64,000 nt of DNA from Limnochordia bacterium (GCA_050952265.1 JBMNKP010000001.1:159770-223769); one strand, 5' to 3'. Shown: positions 47,369 to 56,894, numbered from the stretch's first letter. Numbers and translations are program-made. Notes: generated by a model not told the origin, from the sequence alone.

Positions 47369-47986
47369 TTATTGAGGTCTGTTGTGTTTTATGAACAGGG
47401 AAGGGTTCAGCCAGAAGTCTGCTACCTTGGAGCGGCTCCAGGCAATACCGTTGGTGCGCGGCCAAGCGTTGGCCGGCAGGTCTGCTTTGCGCAGTTCGAA
47501 ATGGAGATGGGCGGCAAAGGCGTTATTTGGGCCGCGGCCCACAGTGCCGATGGGCTGGCGGCGGTAGATGCGGTCACCCTTGGCCACATAGCGCTGATCC
47601 AGGTGGGCGTACTGGGACCAGATGAACGCTGATTCGGAGATGGCATGCCTGATCAGGATCACGTTGCCCATGGCCGTATTCCAGCCGGAGAACACCACTT
47701 CTCCGTTGGCTACGGCATAGACTGTTTCGCCCTGGTCGCCGTTGCCAGCGCCAGGGATGTTCCAGTCTTCCCCTGGATGGTAGGAGTTGCTGTAGCTGCT
47801 CCAGTCTAAGAAGGCGTAGCCTGTGACAGCCCAACCCCGGCCATCTCGGTCGCCGACAGGAAAGTCGAAGCCGTCGACAAGCCATACGGCGCCAGGTTCT
47901 TCCGTCAGCTGGTCAGGAAAGAGGCATCCTGTGGAAAAAAGGGCCGTCAGCAGGCACAGCGCAAGCAGGCAGCATTTTCTAGTCAA
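47369..47986 (-). CDS. M23 family metallopeptidase lipoprotein
   Basis: Lipobox STGC; HPGED (HxxxD), YAHL, HLHFE. Confidence 0.85.
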   Translation of the reverse strand: MTRKCCLLALCLLTALFSTGCLFPDQLTEEPGAVWLVDGFDFPVGDRDGRGWAVTGYAFLDWSSYSNSYHPGEDWNIPGAGNGDQGETVYAVANGEVVFSGWNTAMGNVILIRHAISESAFIWSQYAHLDQRYVAKGDRIYRRQPIGTVGRGPNNAFAAHLHFELRKADLPANAWPRTNGIAWSRSKVADFWLNPSLFIKHNRPQ

Positions 47987-48090
47987 GAAAGATTCCCCCT
48001 TTTGTGGTAAGATCATTTTAAAGGACGAGGGGGAAACAGGCACGAATGGTGATTGCTGCCAGGAGTGCCGCTGCGATGGAGGAGTCGTCA

Positions 48091-48939
48091 ATGAGAAAAA
48101 ACATATGTTCACTTCTGCTCTGTCTCTGCTGCTTCGTTATATGGGCGGGCGCTGCTGGTGCTCAGGGAACTCAGGTGATGCTGGGCCCGGGGCAGGAGCT
48201 GCGCATCTCTCTCCCATTGGAGCAGGGCAAGAGTTATGAGATAAGCATGTATGTGCGCACGACTGTGCCCCATGCGCTCGCGACCATGACCCTCCAGCTT
48301 GTTGGTGACAACGGCCAGGTGCTGGAGGAGAGGGCAGCCCAAAGCGCGCTGGACGCCGAGGGCGGCTGGACCATTCTCGGGTTTGCCCATGTGCCCATAC
48401 CCCTCAAGTCTGGACGCTGGGAACTCGTGGTCACTGCCGATCAGCCGGGCGTCTATTTCTGGCAGAATCTCAGCGTACTGCGCTCCTATGACGAGTCGCG
48501 GGAAACCATCGCCTACGTGGTTGAGCCGAAGCCGGCCCCGGTGCAGCCGGCTGAAGATGAGTTCGAGGAGAAACAGCCGGAATTCTACACCGGCTTGGTG
48601 GTTGATGCCAGGCATCTCGAGGTGCGCAGGGGGATCAGCCCGCGGATCTACAGTGAGTCTGGACAGCTGATCTACGGCGGTGTTCTAGCTCCCCAGGAAG
48701 TGGTGCAGGAACGGGGAGTGGTGGGCTATGGCTCAGAGCTGACCCCGGAGCTGCTGCAGCGCCTCCAGATCAGCCCTGACGATCCCTATGTGAACCCTCT
48801 GATTATCAAGGCCATCGGTGTGGCGGATGCGGCCAAAACAGGCGTCTACATCAGCGCAGAAGACACGGAGCGGATCCTTCAGGCCATGGCTAGGTACGAC
48901 TTTTTCGCCCGCTACGCGGTGATCTTTTTGGTCAACTAA
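48091..48939 (+). CDS. Secreted protein, paralog of 12375-13133
   Basis: Signal peptide; YTGLVVDAR.L...RGISPRIYSESGQLIY, YGSELTPELL.R.Q, YDFFARYAVIFLV. Confidence 0.7.
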   Translation: MRKNICSLLLCLCCFVIWAGAAGAQGTQVMLGPGQELRISLPLEQGKSYEISMYVRTTVPHALATMTLQLVGDNGQVLEERAAQSALDAEGGWTILGFAHVPIPLKSGRWELVVTADQPGVYFWQNLSVLRSYDESRETIAYVVEPKPAPVQPAEDEFEEKQPEFYTGLVVDARHLEVRRGISPRIYSESGQLIYGGVLAPQEVVQERGVVGYGSELTPELLQRLQISPDDPYVNPLIIKAIGVADAAKTGVYISAEDTERILQAMARYDFFARYAVIFLVN

Positions 48940-48969
48940 CAGAAGCACTCGGAAGCAACAGGGGGAATA

Positions 48970-50106
48970 GTGAATATGCAGGATTTGTTACATGCACTGT
49001 ACGAGCGTCTGCAGAACTTGGATCCAGCCAACCTGCGGGTAACAGTCGGTTTTGACGGTTTCGTCGATGAGATCGTTGATGCGGTGGATCGCAGGACTTC
49101 CTTCGCTGAATATACACCCATGACGAAGATGGAGCAGTTCGGCCGGCGCATCCTAGAAGCGGCAGGCCTGAGCACCAACATTGAGCTGGTGCCAAAGGGG
49201 ATCAAGCTCGGTGGAAATGGGCCGATCATGGCAAACGCCCTGGTAAAGTGCGGAGTCCGGGTGACTTACATGGGATCTCTTGGCATCCCCAACATCCACC
49301 CGGTCTTTGCAGAACTGGTTGAAGGCTGCACCCGGGCCTACTCCCTGGCAGAACCTGGGCATACCGATGCCGTGGAGTTTGCTGACGGGAAGATCATGCT
49401 CGGCAAAATGGAAGGCCTGCACTCAGTGACGTGGGCTGCCCTCAAAGACGCGGTGGGAGAGAAAGAGCTGAAAAGGGCCTTCACCGACTGCGACCTTGCT
49501 GCGACGATCAACTGGACGATGACTCCCCACATGCATGAGATCTGGAACGGCCTACTCAATCTGCTCAGCCCTAGAGAAGACGGGGTGAAGCCCTTCCTGT
49601 TCATCGACCTTTGCGACCCGGGCAAGCGGGAACCCGGGGACATTTTGGAGGCTTTGGATGCTGTTGCGGAGTTCTCCAGGTTTTACCGGGTGATCTTGGG
49701 CTTGAACCGCAAAGAGGCATCAGAGGTGGCAAAGGTGCGGCGGCTCCGTCTGAGCAGGGCGCCGGAAGAAGCCGGTTTGGAGGAGATCGTGAGGGCACTT
49801 GGGGAAGATCTGGGCCTGTGGTGCGTCCTGGTGCACCCGGTAGCCGAGGCTGGCGCCTATCTGGAGGGGTGCTATCACCACGTGTTGGGCCCCTTTACGG
49901 CCAGGCCGCGCCTGACCACAGGGGCCGGCGACAACTTTAACGCTGGCTTTTGTCTGGGATTGATGCTAGAGTTAGAAGTGGAGCAGTGCTTGGCCTTGGG
50001 CAAGGCTGTCTCTGGTTTTTATGTCCGCCAGATGCGCAGCCCCGCCTGGGACGAGCTGCTGGCCTTTGTGGCCCTTTGGGCCCAGAGGCACGGTACAGAG
50101 TTTTAG
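48970..50106 (+). CDS. PfkB/ribokinase-like carbohydrate kinase family protein
   Basis: VGFDGFVDEI, KLGGNGPIMA, TTGAGDNFNAGF. Confidence 0.8.
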   Translation: MNMQDLLHALYERLQNLDPANLRVTVGFDGFVDEIVDAVDRRTSFAEYTPMTKMEQFGRRILEAAGLSTNIELVPKGIKLGGNGPIMANALVKCGVRVTYMGSLGIPNIHPVFAELVEGCTRAYSLAEPGHTDAVEFADGKIMLGKMEGLHSVTWAALKDAVGEKELKRAFTDCDLAATINWTMTPHMHEIWNGLLNLLSPREDGVKPFLFIDLCDPGKREPGDILEALDAVAEFSRFYRVILGLNRKEASEVAKVRRLRLSRAPEEAGLEEIVRALGEDLGLWCVLVHPVAEAGAYLEGCYHHVLGPFTARPRLTTGAGDNFNAGFCLGLMLELEVEQCLALGKAVSGFYVRQMRSPAWDELLAFVALWAQRHGTEF

Positions 50107-50129
50107 CAGAGAAGCTGGAGGGGTAAGCA

Positions 50130-50756
50130 GTGCTCAGCATGCAAGTACGCAGAAACGTCAGTTTGATCCTCTTGGTCGGCCTCCTTATAGTCACCGGTGT
50201 GGTCTGGTCCATGGGCAGTCAAGCAGAAGGCTTGAAGGACGGCGTTTACTTCGGCCAAGCCCAGGGCTTTGCTGGAAACGTGGGGGTAGACGTGACCATC
50301 AGCGGCGGCAGGATCGCCAAGATCGAAGTCAGGCCGCATGATGAGACTCCGTTCGTCGCCGGACCGGCCATTGAAAAGCTGGTACAGACCATCGTGGAGA
50401 CGCAGAACACAGATACCGACATCGTCACAGGCGCAACCTACACCAGCAAGGCACTCATCGCCGCCGTTAAGCAGGCCGTACGCAAGGCAGAAGGCTTTAA
50501 GGACGGAGTGTATAAGGGCAGCGCTGAAGGCTTTGGCGGCACAGTGACCGTGGAGGTTACGGTGGCCGGCGGGGCTATCGCCAAGGTTGCGGTCCTGGAG
50601 AACAACGAGACTCCTTCCATCGCTGAAAATGCCATCAAGCAGATTCCGGAAGCCATCGTCGCCCAGCAGTCCTGGGAAGTCGATGTGGTGAGCGGTGCCA
50701 CTTACACCAGCAAGGCGATCATGGCCGCCGTGGAAACAGCGCTCAGCGGCGAGTAA
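50130..50756 (+). CDS. Exported protein with two FMN_bind (flavinylation) domains
   Basis: Two KDGVY.G.A.GF.G.V.V.VT...G.I.K..V repeats with DIVTGAT and DVVSGAT. Confidence 0.9.
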   Translation: MLSMQVRRNVSLILLVGLLIVTGVVWSMGSQAEGLKDGVYFGQAQGFAGNVGVDVTISGGRIAKIEVRPHDETPFVAGPAIEKLVQTIVETQNTDTDIVTGATYTSKALIAAVKQAVRKAEGFKDGVYKGSAEGFGGTVTVEVTVAGGAIAKVAVLENNETPSIAENAIKQIPEAIVAQQSWEVDVVSGATYTSKAIMAAVETALSGE

Positions 50757-50819
50757 CTTGCACTGATACTTCGCTTCGTCCCGGGCATACTAGGGGTATA
50801 AGCAAAGGAGCTGGTTGCT

Positions 50820-50990
50820 ATGCCTAGTCTGTCGCAGATGCGCATGGTAGGACAGACCTGCAGCGCCTACGAGGCGGAAGCGGAAGAAGCGGAGCGGAGC
50901 TGTGAAACCTGCGTGCACTGGGCCGGCGAAGAAGAAGACTGCATCCTGGACATATTCTGGGAGCAGCTCACCAATCTCGATCAAACCTAA
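50820..50990 (+). CDS. 56-aa acidic Cys-rich small protein (below the ORF-track cutoff)
   Basis: AAGGAG RBS; MPSLSQMRMVGQTCSAYEAEAEEAERSCETCVHWAGEEEDCILDIFWEQLTNLDQT*; own terminator. Confidence 0.75.
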   Translation: MPSLSQMRMVGQTCSAYEAEAEEAERSCETCVHWAGEEEDCILDIFWEQLTNLDQT

Positions 50991-51036
50991 AGAAAAAGCC
51001 TTTGGTTAACTAGGGTTAGCCAAAGGCTTTTCTCTT
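50991..51036 (+). terminator. Intrinsic terminator
   Basis: aaaagcctttggttaac-tagg-gttagccaaaggctttt. Confidence 0.8.
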
Positions 51037-51090
51037 GTAGAAAAAGCCGAGCAAAAGGTGTATGATCATTTGGGGAGTGATCAACTTAGT

Positions 51091-51756
51091 ATGGCTCAGA
51101 TCGGCCTCTTTGATATCGTCGGCCCCATCATGGTGGGGCCATCTAGTTCCCATACAGCAGGTGCCGTGCGCCTGGGCTTGGCCGCCAGGAGGATCTTGGG
51201 TTCTGAAGTGCAGCGAGCCCAGATCGAGCTCCACGGCTCTTTTGCCGCGACTTACTGGGGGCACCGCACCGATGTAGCCTTGGTTGCCGGTCTGCTCGGC
51301 ATGGGCATGGATGATGAGCGGATCCCTGAGGCCTTGGAGCTGGCTGCAGCGAGCGGCCTGGAGTACACCTTCGCCGCTGCAGATCTGGGTGATGTCCATC
51401 CCAACTCGGTGCGCCTGCAGGTAGAAGGCTCCGCCGGCTCGATCACGCTCTGCGGTTCTTCCATCGGCGGCGGGAGGATCAACATCTTTGAACTCAACGG
51501 TTTTGAGGTCTCCCTGGACGGTACTTATTCGGTGCTCCTAACCAGGCACCGCGATGCCCCCGGGGTGATCGCTGAAGTGACCAAGGTGCTTGCTGTGCAC
51601 GGGATTAACATCGCTTTCCTCAACGTCAGCCGCAAAGCCCGCGGCTTTGAGGCCCTGCTGGTTGCCCAGACAGATGATCCCATTCCCGATCTGGCTGTTG
51701 AGCATGTCCGGCGTGTTTCCCAAGTGCTGGCAGTGCGGACTCTGCCTTGTTTCTAG
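51091..51756 (+). CDS. sdaAB: L-serine dehydratase beta subunit with ACT domain
   Basis: FDIVGPIMVGPSSSHTAGA.RLG, GH.TD.ALV.GLLG, HPNSV, GSSIGGG. Confidence 0.93.
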   Translation: MAQIGLFDIVGPIMVGPSSSHTAGAVRLGLAARRILGSEVQRAQIELHGSFAATYWGHRTDVALVAGLLGMGMDDERIPEALELAAASGLEYTFAAADLGDVHPNSVRLQVEGSAGSITLCGSSIGGGRINIFELNGFEVSLDGTYSVLLTRHRDAPGVIAEVTKVLAVHGINIAFLNVSRKARGFEALLVAQTDDPIPDLAVEHVRRVSQVLAVRTLPCF

Positions 51757-51766
51757 GAGGATGGCT

Positions 51767-52648
51767 GTGCAGATCACGAGTGCTCGTGAATTGATGGAGC
51801 TCTGCGCCGAGCGGCAGCAGAACCTCGCAGAGGTTGTTGCCGCTTACGCGGCGTTTCGCAGCAGCACAACCGTGGAGGCGGTGCGGGAGCGCATGCGCGA
51901 CTCCCTGGCTGTCATGCGCGCTTCCGTGGAAAGGGGCCGCAGTGATGGGGGGCACTTGAGCCGCCTGATCAGCGGTTACGGACGGCTTTTTGCCCAAGCT
52001 GAACAGGAAGGCCGCCTTTTGGGAGGGCCGCTCTTCAAAAAGTCGCTCCTCTATTCGCTTTCAGTAAGCCAGTGCAACGCCAGCCTCGGCCGGATCGTGG
52101 CCTGCCCCACTGCGGGCAGCTGCGGAGTGGTGCCTGGGGCACTGCTTGCCGCTGCGGAGGAACTTGAGAGCAGTGACGAGGCGATCATCGACGCCCTGCT
52201 GGTCATGGGCGGAGTGGGAGTCGTTTCTGCATCCCAGGGCCCCATCAGCGGCGCAGAAGGAGGCTGTCAGGCAGAATGCGGTGTAGCTTCGGCCATGGCA
52301 GCGGGTGCAGTTGTCTATCTCGCCGGTGGTTCGCCCGAGCAGGTGTTTGCCGCTGCTTCCCTGGCTCTCCAGAGTCACCTGGGCTTGGTCTGCGACCCTG
52401 TGGCTTCCTTGGTCGAGGTTCCCTGCGTTACGCGCAATGCCTCCTCGGCGGCCGTTGCCCTGGCCGCGGCGAACATGGCCCTGGCGGGGATTCCCTGCGT
52501 GGTGCCTTACGATGAGGTAGTGGGGGCGATGAAAGCCATCGGCCGCGCACTGCCTGAGAGCCTGCGCGAGACATCCATGGGAGGCCTTGCTGCAACGCCT
52601 ACGGGCAGGAGGTTGGCCCGGGAGATGCGCGAGAAGTACCGCTTGTAG
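51767..52648 (+). CDS. sdaAA: L-serine dehydratase alpha subunit (Fe-S)
   Basis: PTAGSCGVVPG, ISGAEGGCQAECG, LGLVCDPV..LVEVPC, LRETS.GGLAATPTG; start GTG 51767 or ATG 51761. Confidence 0.93.
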   Translation: MQITSARELMELCAERQQNLAEVVAAYAAFRSSTTVEAVRERMRDSLAVMRASVERGRSDGGHLSRLISGYGRLFAQAEQEGRLLGGPLFKKSLLYSLSVSQCNASLGRIVACPTAGSCGVVPGALLAAAEELESSDEAIIDALLVMGGVGVVSASQGPISGAEGGCQAECGVASAMAAGAVVYLAGGSPEQVFAAASLALQSHLGLVCDPVASLVEVPCVTRNASSAAVALAAANMALAGIPCVVPYDEVVGAMKAIGRALPESLRETSMGGLAATPTGRRLAREMREKYRL

Positions 52649-52696
52649 CAAAAAAAAGATCCAGCCAAGTTGGCTGAATCGCTGCAGGCAATAAAA

Positions 52697-52773
52697 TGGC
52701 GGAACCGACGAGACTCGAACTCGCGATCTCCGGCGTGACAGGCCGGCGTGTTAACCAACTACACCACGGTTCC
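52697..52773 (-). tRNA. tRNA-Asp(GTC), identical to 19926-20002
   Basis: Reverse complement is the same 77 nt; TTGCTC-17-TATAAT promoter upstream. Confidence 0.97.
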
Positions 52774-52842
52774 GTGCAATAGTATTATACCCGCTTATTG
52801 CAGGTTGAGCAAGTCTTTTTCGGAGGATGGAAGGAAGAGAAT

Positions 52843-53265
52843 ATGCGTCATCGAGGAGTCATCATTGAGAAAAACGCCCAGGAGGTTTTAGTCCAGATCG
52901 AGGATCCCGCGAAGACCTGCGGCAGCTGCCGGGGCTGTGTGCGCATGCTGCCTCCTAAGAGTACCGATGAGTATTACGTGGTGCGGACGAAGGATCCGGC
53001 GGGCAAGTACCAAGTGGGCGATGAGGTTATCCTGGACGGCCAGATGCGGCCGTTCGTAAGGGCGTTGGGTGTTCTCTACGGCCTGCCCTTTGCCTGCCTA
53101 TTTCTGGGGTACGGCGCAGGGCGGCTGTGGTCTGGGAGCGATTCCATAGGCGGAGTTGGGGCGGTGATCGGACTGCTCCTGGGAGCGGCCGCGGCGAGAC
53201 TGATCGCCCGCCGCATACTGAAGCAAGAACCTGAGTTTACGATCGTGGCAAGAGCTTGTTCCTGA
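52843..53265 (+). CDS. RseC/MucC family protein
   Basis: G.VIE, CGSCRGC, Y.VGD.V, LYGLP and two C-terminal TM. Confidence 0.8.
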   Translation: MRHRGVIIEKNAQEVLVQIEDPAKTCGSCRGCVRMLPPKSTDEYYVVRTKDPAGKYQVGDEVILDGQMRPFVRALGVLYGLPFACLFLGYGAGRLWSGSDSIGGVGAVIGLLLGAAAARLIARRILKQEPEFTIVARACS

Positions 53266-53281
53266 ACAAGGGGGTAGGAGC

Positions 53282-54178
53282 ATGTCATTGGTCATTGCGG
53301 ACGTCACCAAGCGCTTCCGGGATGTCAAGGCAGTCGATCAGCTCAGCTTCACAGTCCGGGAAGGCGCACTGTTCGGTTTTCTCGGGCCGAACGGGGCCGG
53401 GAAGACTACCACAATGAGGGTCATCCTGGGGATCATCAAATCCGATGAAGGTACGGTTACGTGGAAAGGAAAGGATTTCGGTCGCTGGGGAACAGGCTTT
53501 TACGGCTATCTTCCGGAGGAGAGGGGGCTGTACCCCAAGATGCGGGTGGCTGAGCACCTGGAGTTCCTGGGGCGCATCCACGGGCTGGACAAGCAGAAGG
53601 CAAGACGCGAGACTTCTCGCTGGCTGGAACGTTTCGAGCTCGGCGATTTGGGAAGTAAGCGCGTTGAGGAGCTGTCCAAAGGCAACCAGCAGAAGGTACA
53701 GGTGATCGGGACCATGCTCCATGACCCTGAGCTCATCATCTTGGACGAGCCCTTTTCTGGCTTGGACCCGGTCAACTCTGCGCTGCTGAAAGACGTGCTG
53801 CTGGAGGCCCATGACCGGGGGAAAACCGTAATCTTTTCCAGCCACCGCATGGACCAGGTGGAGGAGATCTGCCAGGACATTGCCCTGATCAACCGGGGCC
53901 GCCTGCTGCTGTACGGCAACCTCAAGCAGATCAAGAAATCCATGGGGCGCCAGATCCTGCGGCTCAGCTTGGAGGGGAACACCGATTTCTGGGCCCGGAT
54001 CCCCGGTCTGCACCTTCTGCAGGAGCGCGCCGATTACCTCGAATTTCGACTGGACGAAGGGGTGGACGCCAACCGAGTGCTGGCCGAGGCCATGGAAGCA
54101 GGGCAGGTCATCCGCTTCGAGCTGGTGGAACCCTCACTGGATCAAATCTTTGTGGAGAAAGTGGGTGAGGGGGCATGA
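53282..54178 (+). CDS. ABC transporter ATP-binding protein (YhaQ/NatA-like)
   Basis: GPNGAGKTT, GYLPEERGLYPKM, LSKGNQQK, DEPFSGLDPVN. Confidence 0.92.
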   Translation: MSLVIADVTKRFRDVKAVDQLSFTVREGALFGFLGPNGAGKTTTMRVILGIIKSDEGTVTWKGKDFGRWGTGFYGYLPEERGLYPKMRVAEHLEFLGRIHGLDKQKARRETSRWLERFELGDLGSKRVEELSKGNQQKVQVIGTMLHDPELIILDEPFSGLDPVNSALLKDVLLEAHDRGKTVIFSSHRMDQVEEICQDIALINRGRLLLYGNLKQIKKSMGRQILRLSLEGNTDFWARIPGLHLLQERADYLEFRLDEGVDANRVLAEAMEAGQVIRFELVEPSLDQIFVEKVGEGA

Positions 54179-55431
54179 GCGTGATCCCGGTCCTGGTGAA
54201 AAGGGAGTTCACAACCCGCGTCAAGGGTACAGCATATATCCTGACCACCGTTGTCGGCGTGCTCGTGTTTATCGGCCTTTCTTTCCTGCCTCCTATCATG
54301 GAAAGGCTGTCCAGCAGTATTGCACCTAAGCATATCGAGCTCGTGGTGCTCGATCAGGGAATTGAGTCCAGCCACCTGCCCTTCCTTTTGCAGCTCAGCC
54401 AGGAGCGGGAGGATTTGACCATCCGCGACGCAAGCGGGCTCGACGAGCGGGCCGCCTACGCCATGGTATTGGATGAGAACCTCTCTGGGCTCCTTCTGAT
54501 CGACGGTCCGCTCTGCACCTTGGTTACGCCGGACAGCAAGAACGTGGTCCTCAATGAGGAAATCGAGAACGTAGTCAATCAGGCTGCCACCCTGTGGAGA
54601 GCAACCCAGTTGGGGCTGACCCAGGACGAGATGCAGAGCTTGTTCCATGCCGTGGACTTCCGCATCCGCGAGGTCGCACCGGAGCAGGAGGACGGCAGAG
54701 AAGTGGACCAAGTGGCTCAAACCCAGGCCATGGTGCTGGCCTACTTCCTTTTGTTCATGATCTACATGGCTCTGATCCTCTACGGCAACATGGTGGCCTC
54801 AGGCGTAGCTGAAGAGAAAAGCTCCCGGATCATGGAAGTCATGGTTTCCACCGTGAAGCCTGTGGAGCTGATGTTCGGCAAGATCATCGGCGTAGGCGCA
54901 CTGGGGCTGCTGCAGTTCTTTATCTGGATCAGCACCGGCCTCGTGATGACTTTCTTGGGAAGAACGTCCTTCCTCGGAGGGCTTCTGGGTGTTGCCGAGC
55001 CCCTGCGGGCTGTTCCCCTGGGCGGCATACTCTGGTTCGGGCTCTACTTCCTCTTGGGTTACTTCTTCTACGCCTCGATCTTTGCTGCTGCGGGCGCACT
55101 GGTCTCCCGGGTAGAGGAAGTGAGCCAGGTGGTGAGCCTGCTCATGATGTTTATCATGGTAGGTTTCTTTGGCGCCTACTTCTCTTTCCTCAACCCAAAC
55201 AGCAGTTTTGCCGTAACAACGTCCCTCATCCCCTTTACTGCGCCCATGGTCATGTTCGCGCGGATCATGCTGGCTGATCCGCCTCTGGTGCAGGTTGCGG
55301 CCTCAGTGGTGATCATGCTGCTCGCCATCGCCGTGGGCACCTGGCTGTCCTCCAAGATTTACCGGATCGGCATCTTGCTGTACGGTAAGAGGCCCAGCCT
55401 CGGCCAGGTGGCCAGATTCCTGAAGGGCTAG
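54175..55431 (+). CDS. ABC-2 permease (YhaP/NatB-like)
   Basis: VAEEKSSRIME, GKIIG, SLIPF.APMVM..R, IYR.GIL.YG. Confidence 0.9.
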   Translation: MSVIPVLVKREFTTRVKGTAYILTTVVGVLVFIGLSFLPPIMERLSSSIAPKHIELVVLDQGIESSHLPFLLQLSQEREDLTIRDASGLDERAAYAMVLDENLSGLLLIDGPLCTLVTPDSKNVVLNEEIENVVNQAATLWRATQLGLTQDEMQSLFHAVDFRIREVAPEQEDGREVDQVAQTQAMVLAYFLLFMIYMALILYGNMVASGVAEEKSSRIMEVMVSTVKPVELMFGKIIGVGALGLLQFFIWISTGLVMTFLGRTSFLGGLLGVAEPLRAVPLGGILWFGLYFLLGYFFYASIFAAAGALVSRVEEVSQVVSLLMMFIMVGFFGAYFSFLNPNSSFAVTTSLIPFTAPMVMFARIMLADPPLVQVAASVVIMLLAIAVGTWLSSKIYRIGILLYGKRPSLGQVARFLKG

Positions 55432-55433
55432 GG

Positions 55434-56504
55434 ATGGGCATGCGGATCGGCCCCGAAAACCTGGAACACTACTTGGCCGGGCTCCATGGGGGCCGTCAGG
55501 TGCTGGCTGGAGTGATCCAGCGGATTACCTCCGCTTCAGTCTTCCTGCGCAGCGGTCAGGTTGAGGCCGAACTGCCTTTGGCTGCGATCAGTGCGGAGCT
55601 GAGGGACGCGCTGCGGGAAGGCCTCCCCGTCGAGCTCCACAGGGAACAGGGAGTGCTCGTACTCAAAGTGGTCACAGCTGTTCAGGAACCTGCTGGGCGG
55701 GAGCAGCCAGTTCGGGCGCCCCAGACCCTGGAAGAAGCCCTGCTGGCCTTAGACATCCGGCCGTCAGGTGAGGCGCAGCTGGCCGCGAAAGCCCTCCTCG
55801 AAGCAGGGCTGCCCCTGCAGAAGGATTTCCTGAGAGTGCTCCTGCCCTGGGCCGAGCGGGGCAGACTGGAAGAGGCACTCCAGCTCCTCCAGACGGGGTT
55901 TCCCGTCACGGCGGAACTTGTGGAGCTCGCTGGTGAGCTGAGCGAAAGGCCCGCCGATCAGGCAGTGCCAGCGGAGATTGCCCCAGAGCTGCCGGAAGAA
56001 CTGGAGGAAGCCCTGCGCTATCCGAGCCTGCGCAGCCGCAGCGCAGTGAACGGTCGGCAGGCAGAAGGACGGGTCTTCAGAGCCTTGGCCCGCCTGCTGG
56101 CTGAGGAAAAGCTCCTAACTGCGCTCATACCCTCCAACCGCGGGGGAGAAGAACGGGAGTTCATCTTCTTCCTGCCCTTCCTGCGGGGAGAAGACCTCCA
56201 CGCTGCATGGGTAAGGGTTGGGCGCGAGGGGGAGGAGTCCCCAGAAGATGAGCGGGAGAAATCGTTCCGGCTTGAGCTGCTGCTGCCCACGGATGCCTTT
56301 GGCCTTGTGCGGGCAGAGCTCTTTGTCCAGGGGCAGAAGGTGCGCCTGCACCTGGCCGCAGAACGGGGCGAAGAGAGCCTTTCCGGGCAGGCGGATGAGC
56401 TTCGGGCCGAGCTTTTGGAGGCGGGCTGGCAGCTCAGCGAAGTGAAGGTAGGTGAACTGGAGCAGTGCGCAAAGCCGTCGCTTTACGCTATGATCGCCAG
56501 GTAA
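55434..56504 (+). CDS. FliK-C-like hypothetical protein (YlqG-like)
   Basis: C-terminal F.L.L.L...GLV...L......V.L pattern; coupled to a FlhB-C gene. Confidence 0.55.
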   Translation: MGMRIGPENLEHYLAGLHGGRQVLAGVIQRITSASVFLRSGQVEAELPLAAISAELRDALREGLPVELHREQGVLVLKVVTAVQEPAGREQPVRAPQTLEEALLALDIRPSGEAQLAAKALLEAGLPLQKDFLRVLLPWAERGRLEEALQLLQTGFPVTAELVELAGELSERPADQAVPAEIAPELPEELEEALRYPSLRSRSAVNGRQAEGRVFRALARLLAEEKLLTALIPSNRGGEEREFIFFLPFLRGEDLHAAWVRVGREGEESPEDEREKSFRLELLLPTDAFGLVRAELFVQGQKVRLHLAAERGEESLSGQADELRAELLEAGWQLSEVKVGELEQCAKPSLYAMIAR

Positions 56505-56737
56505 ACCAAGCTCCAGAAGTGGTGGCCGCTGGTCAGGGCCTGGTCGCCGAGCGGCTTCTGGAGATCGCCAAAGCCCACGGAATCCCCCGCCATGAAGACC
56601 AGGAACTGGTGGAGGCTCTCCTCAAGGTGCCTGTTGGCGCGGAGATCCCTCCTGGGCTCTATGAGCTGGTAGCCCGGGTTTTGGCCTTTGTTCTTCGCAT
56701 GGAAGAGCAGGAAGGCAAAAAGCAGGAGCGGGCTTGA
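56465..56737 (+). CDS. FlhB/EscU C-terminal-like protein (YlqH-like)
   Basis: KAVALRYD...APEVVA.GQG.VAE....A....IP, EIPP.LYE.VA.VLAFV. Confidence 0.9.
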   Translation: MRKAVALRYDRQVNQAPEVVAAGQGLVAERLLEIAKAHGIPRHEDQELVEALLKVPVGAEIPPGLYELVARVLAFVLRMEEQEGKKQERA

Positions 56738-56762
56738 CATCCAGCCCAGGGGTCTTTATAAT
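56734..56762 (+). promoter_or_regulatory. Consensus sigma-A promoter of tRNA-Met
   Basis: TTGACA-17-TATAAT. Confidence 0.85.
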
Positions 56763-56774
56763 AAACATTGTCTG

Positions 56775-56851
56775 GGCGGCGTAGCTCAGTTGGTCAGAGC
56801 ATACGGTTCATACCCGTAGTGTCGCTGGTTCGAATCCAGCCGCCGCTACCA
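56775..56851 (+). tRNA. tRNA-Met(CAT), elongator type
   Basis: TACGG-TTCATAC-CCGTA arm, G1-U72, CCA; same position upstream of spoIIE as in Bacillus. Confidence 0.92.
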
Positions 56852-56864
56852 TAACCCAGCTTAC

Positions 56865-56894
56865 AAAACCCTACACATTCCTGTAGGGTTTTTT
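56865..56894 (+). terminator. tRNA-Met terminator
   Basis: aaaaccctaca-cattcc-tgtagggtttttt. Confidence 0.8.

Noticed and set aside
56775-56851. tRNA-Ile2(CAT) because tilS is nearby, or initiator fMet
   Set aside because: Sequence resembles the Bacillus elongator tRNA-Met as I recall it; it lacks the C1:A72 mismatch and the three G-C anticodon-stem pairs of fMet
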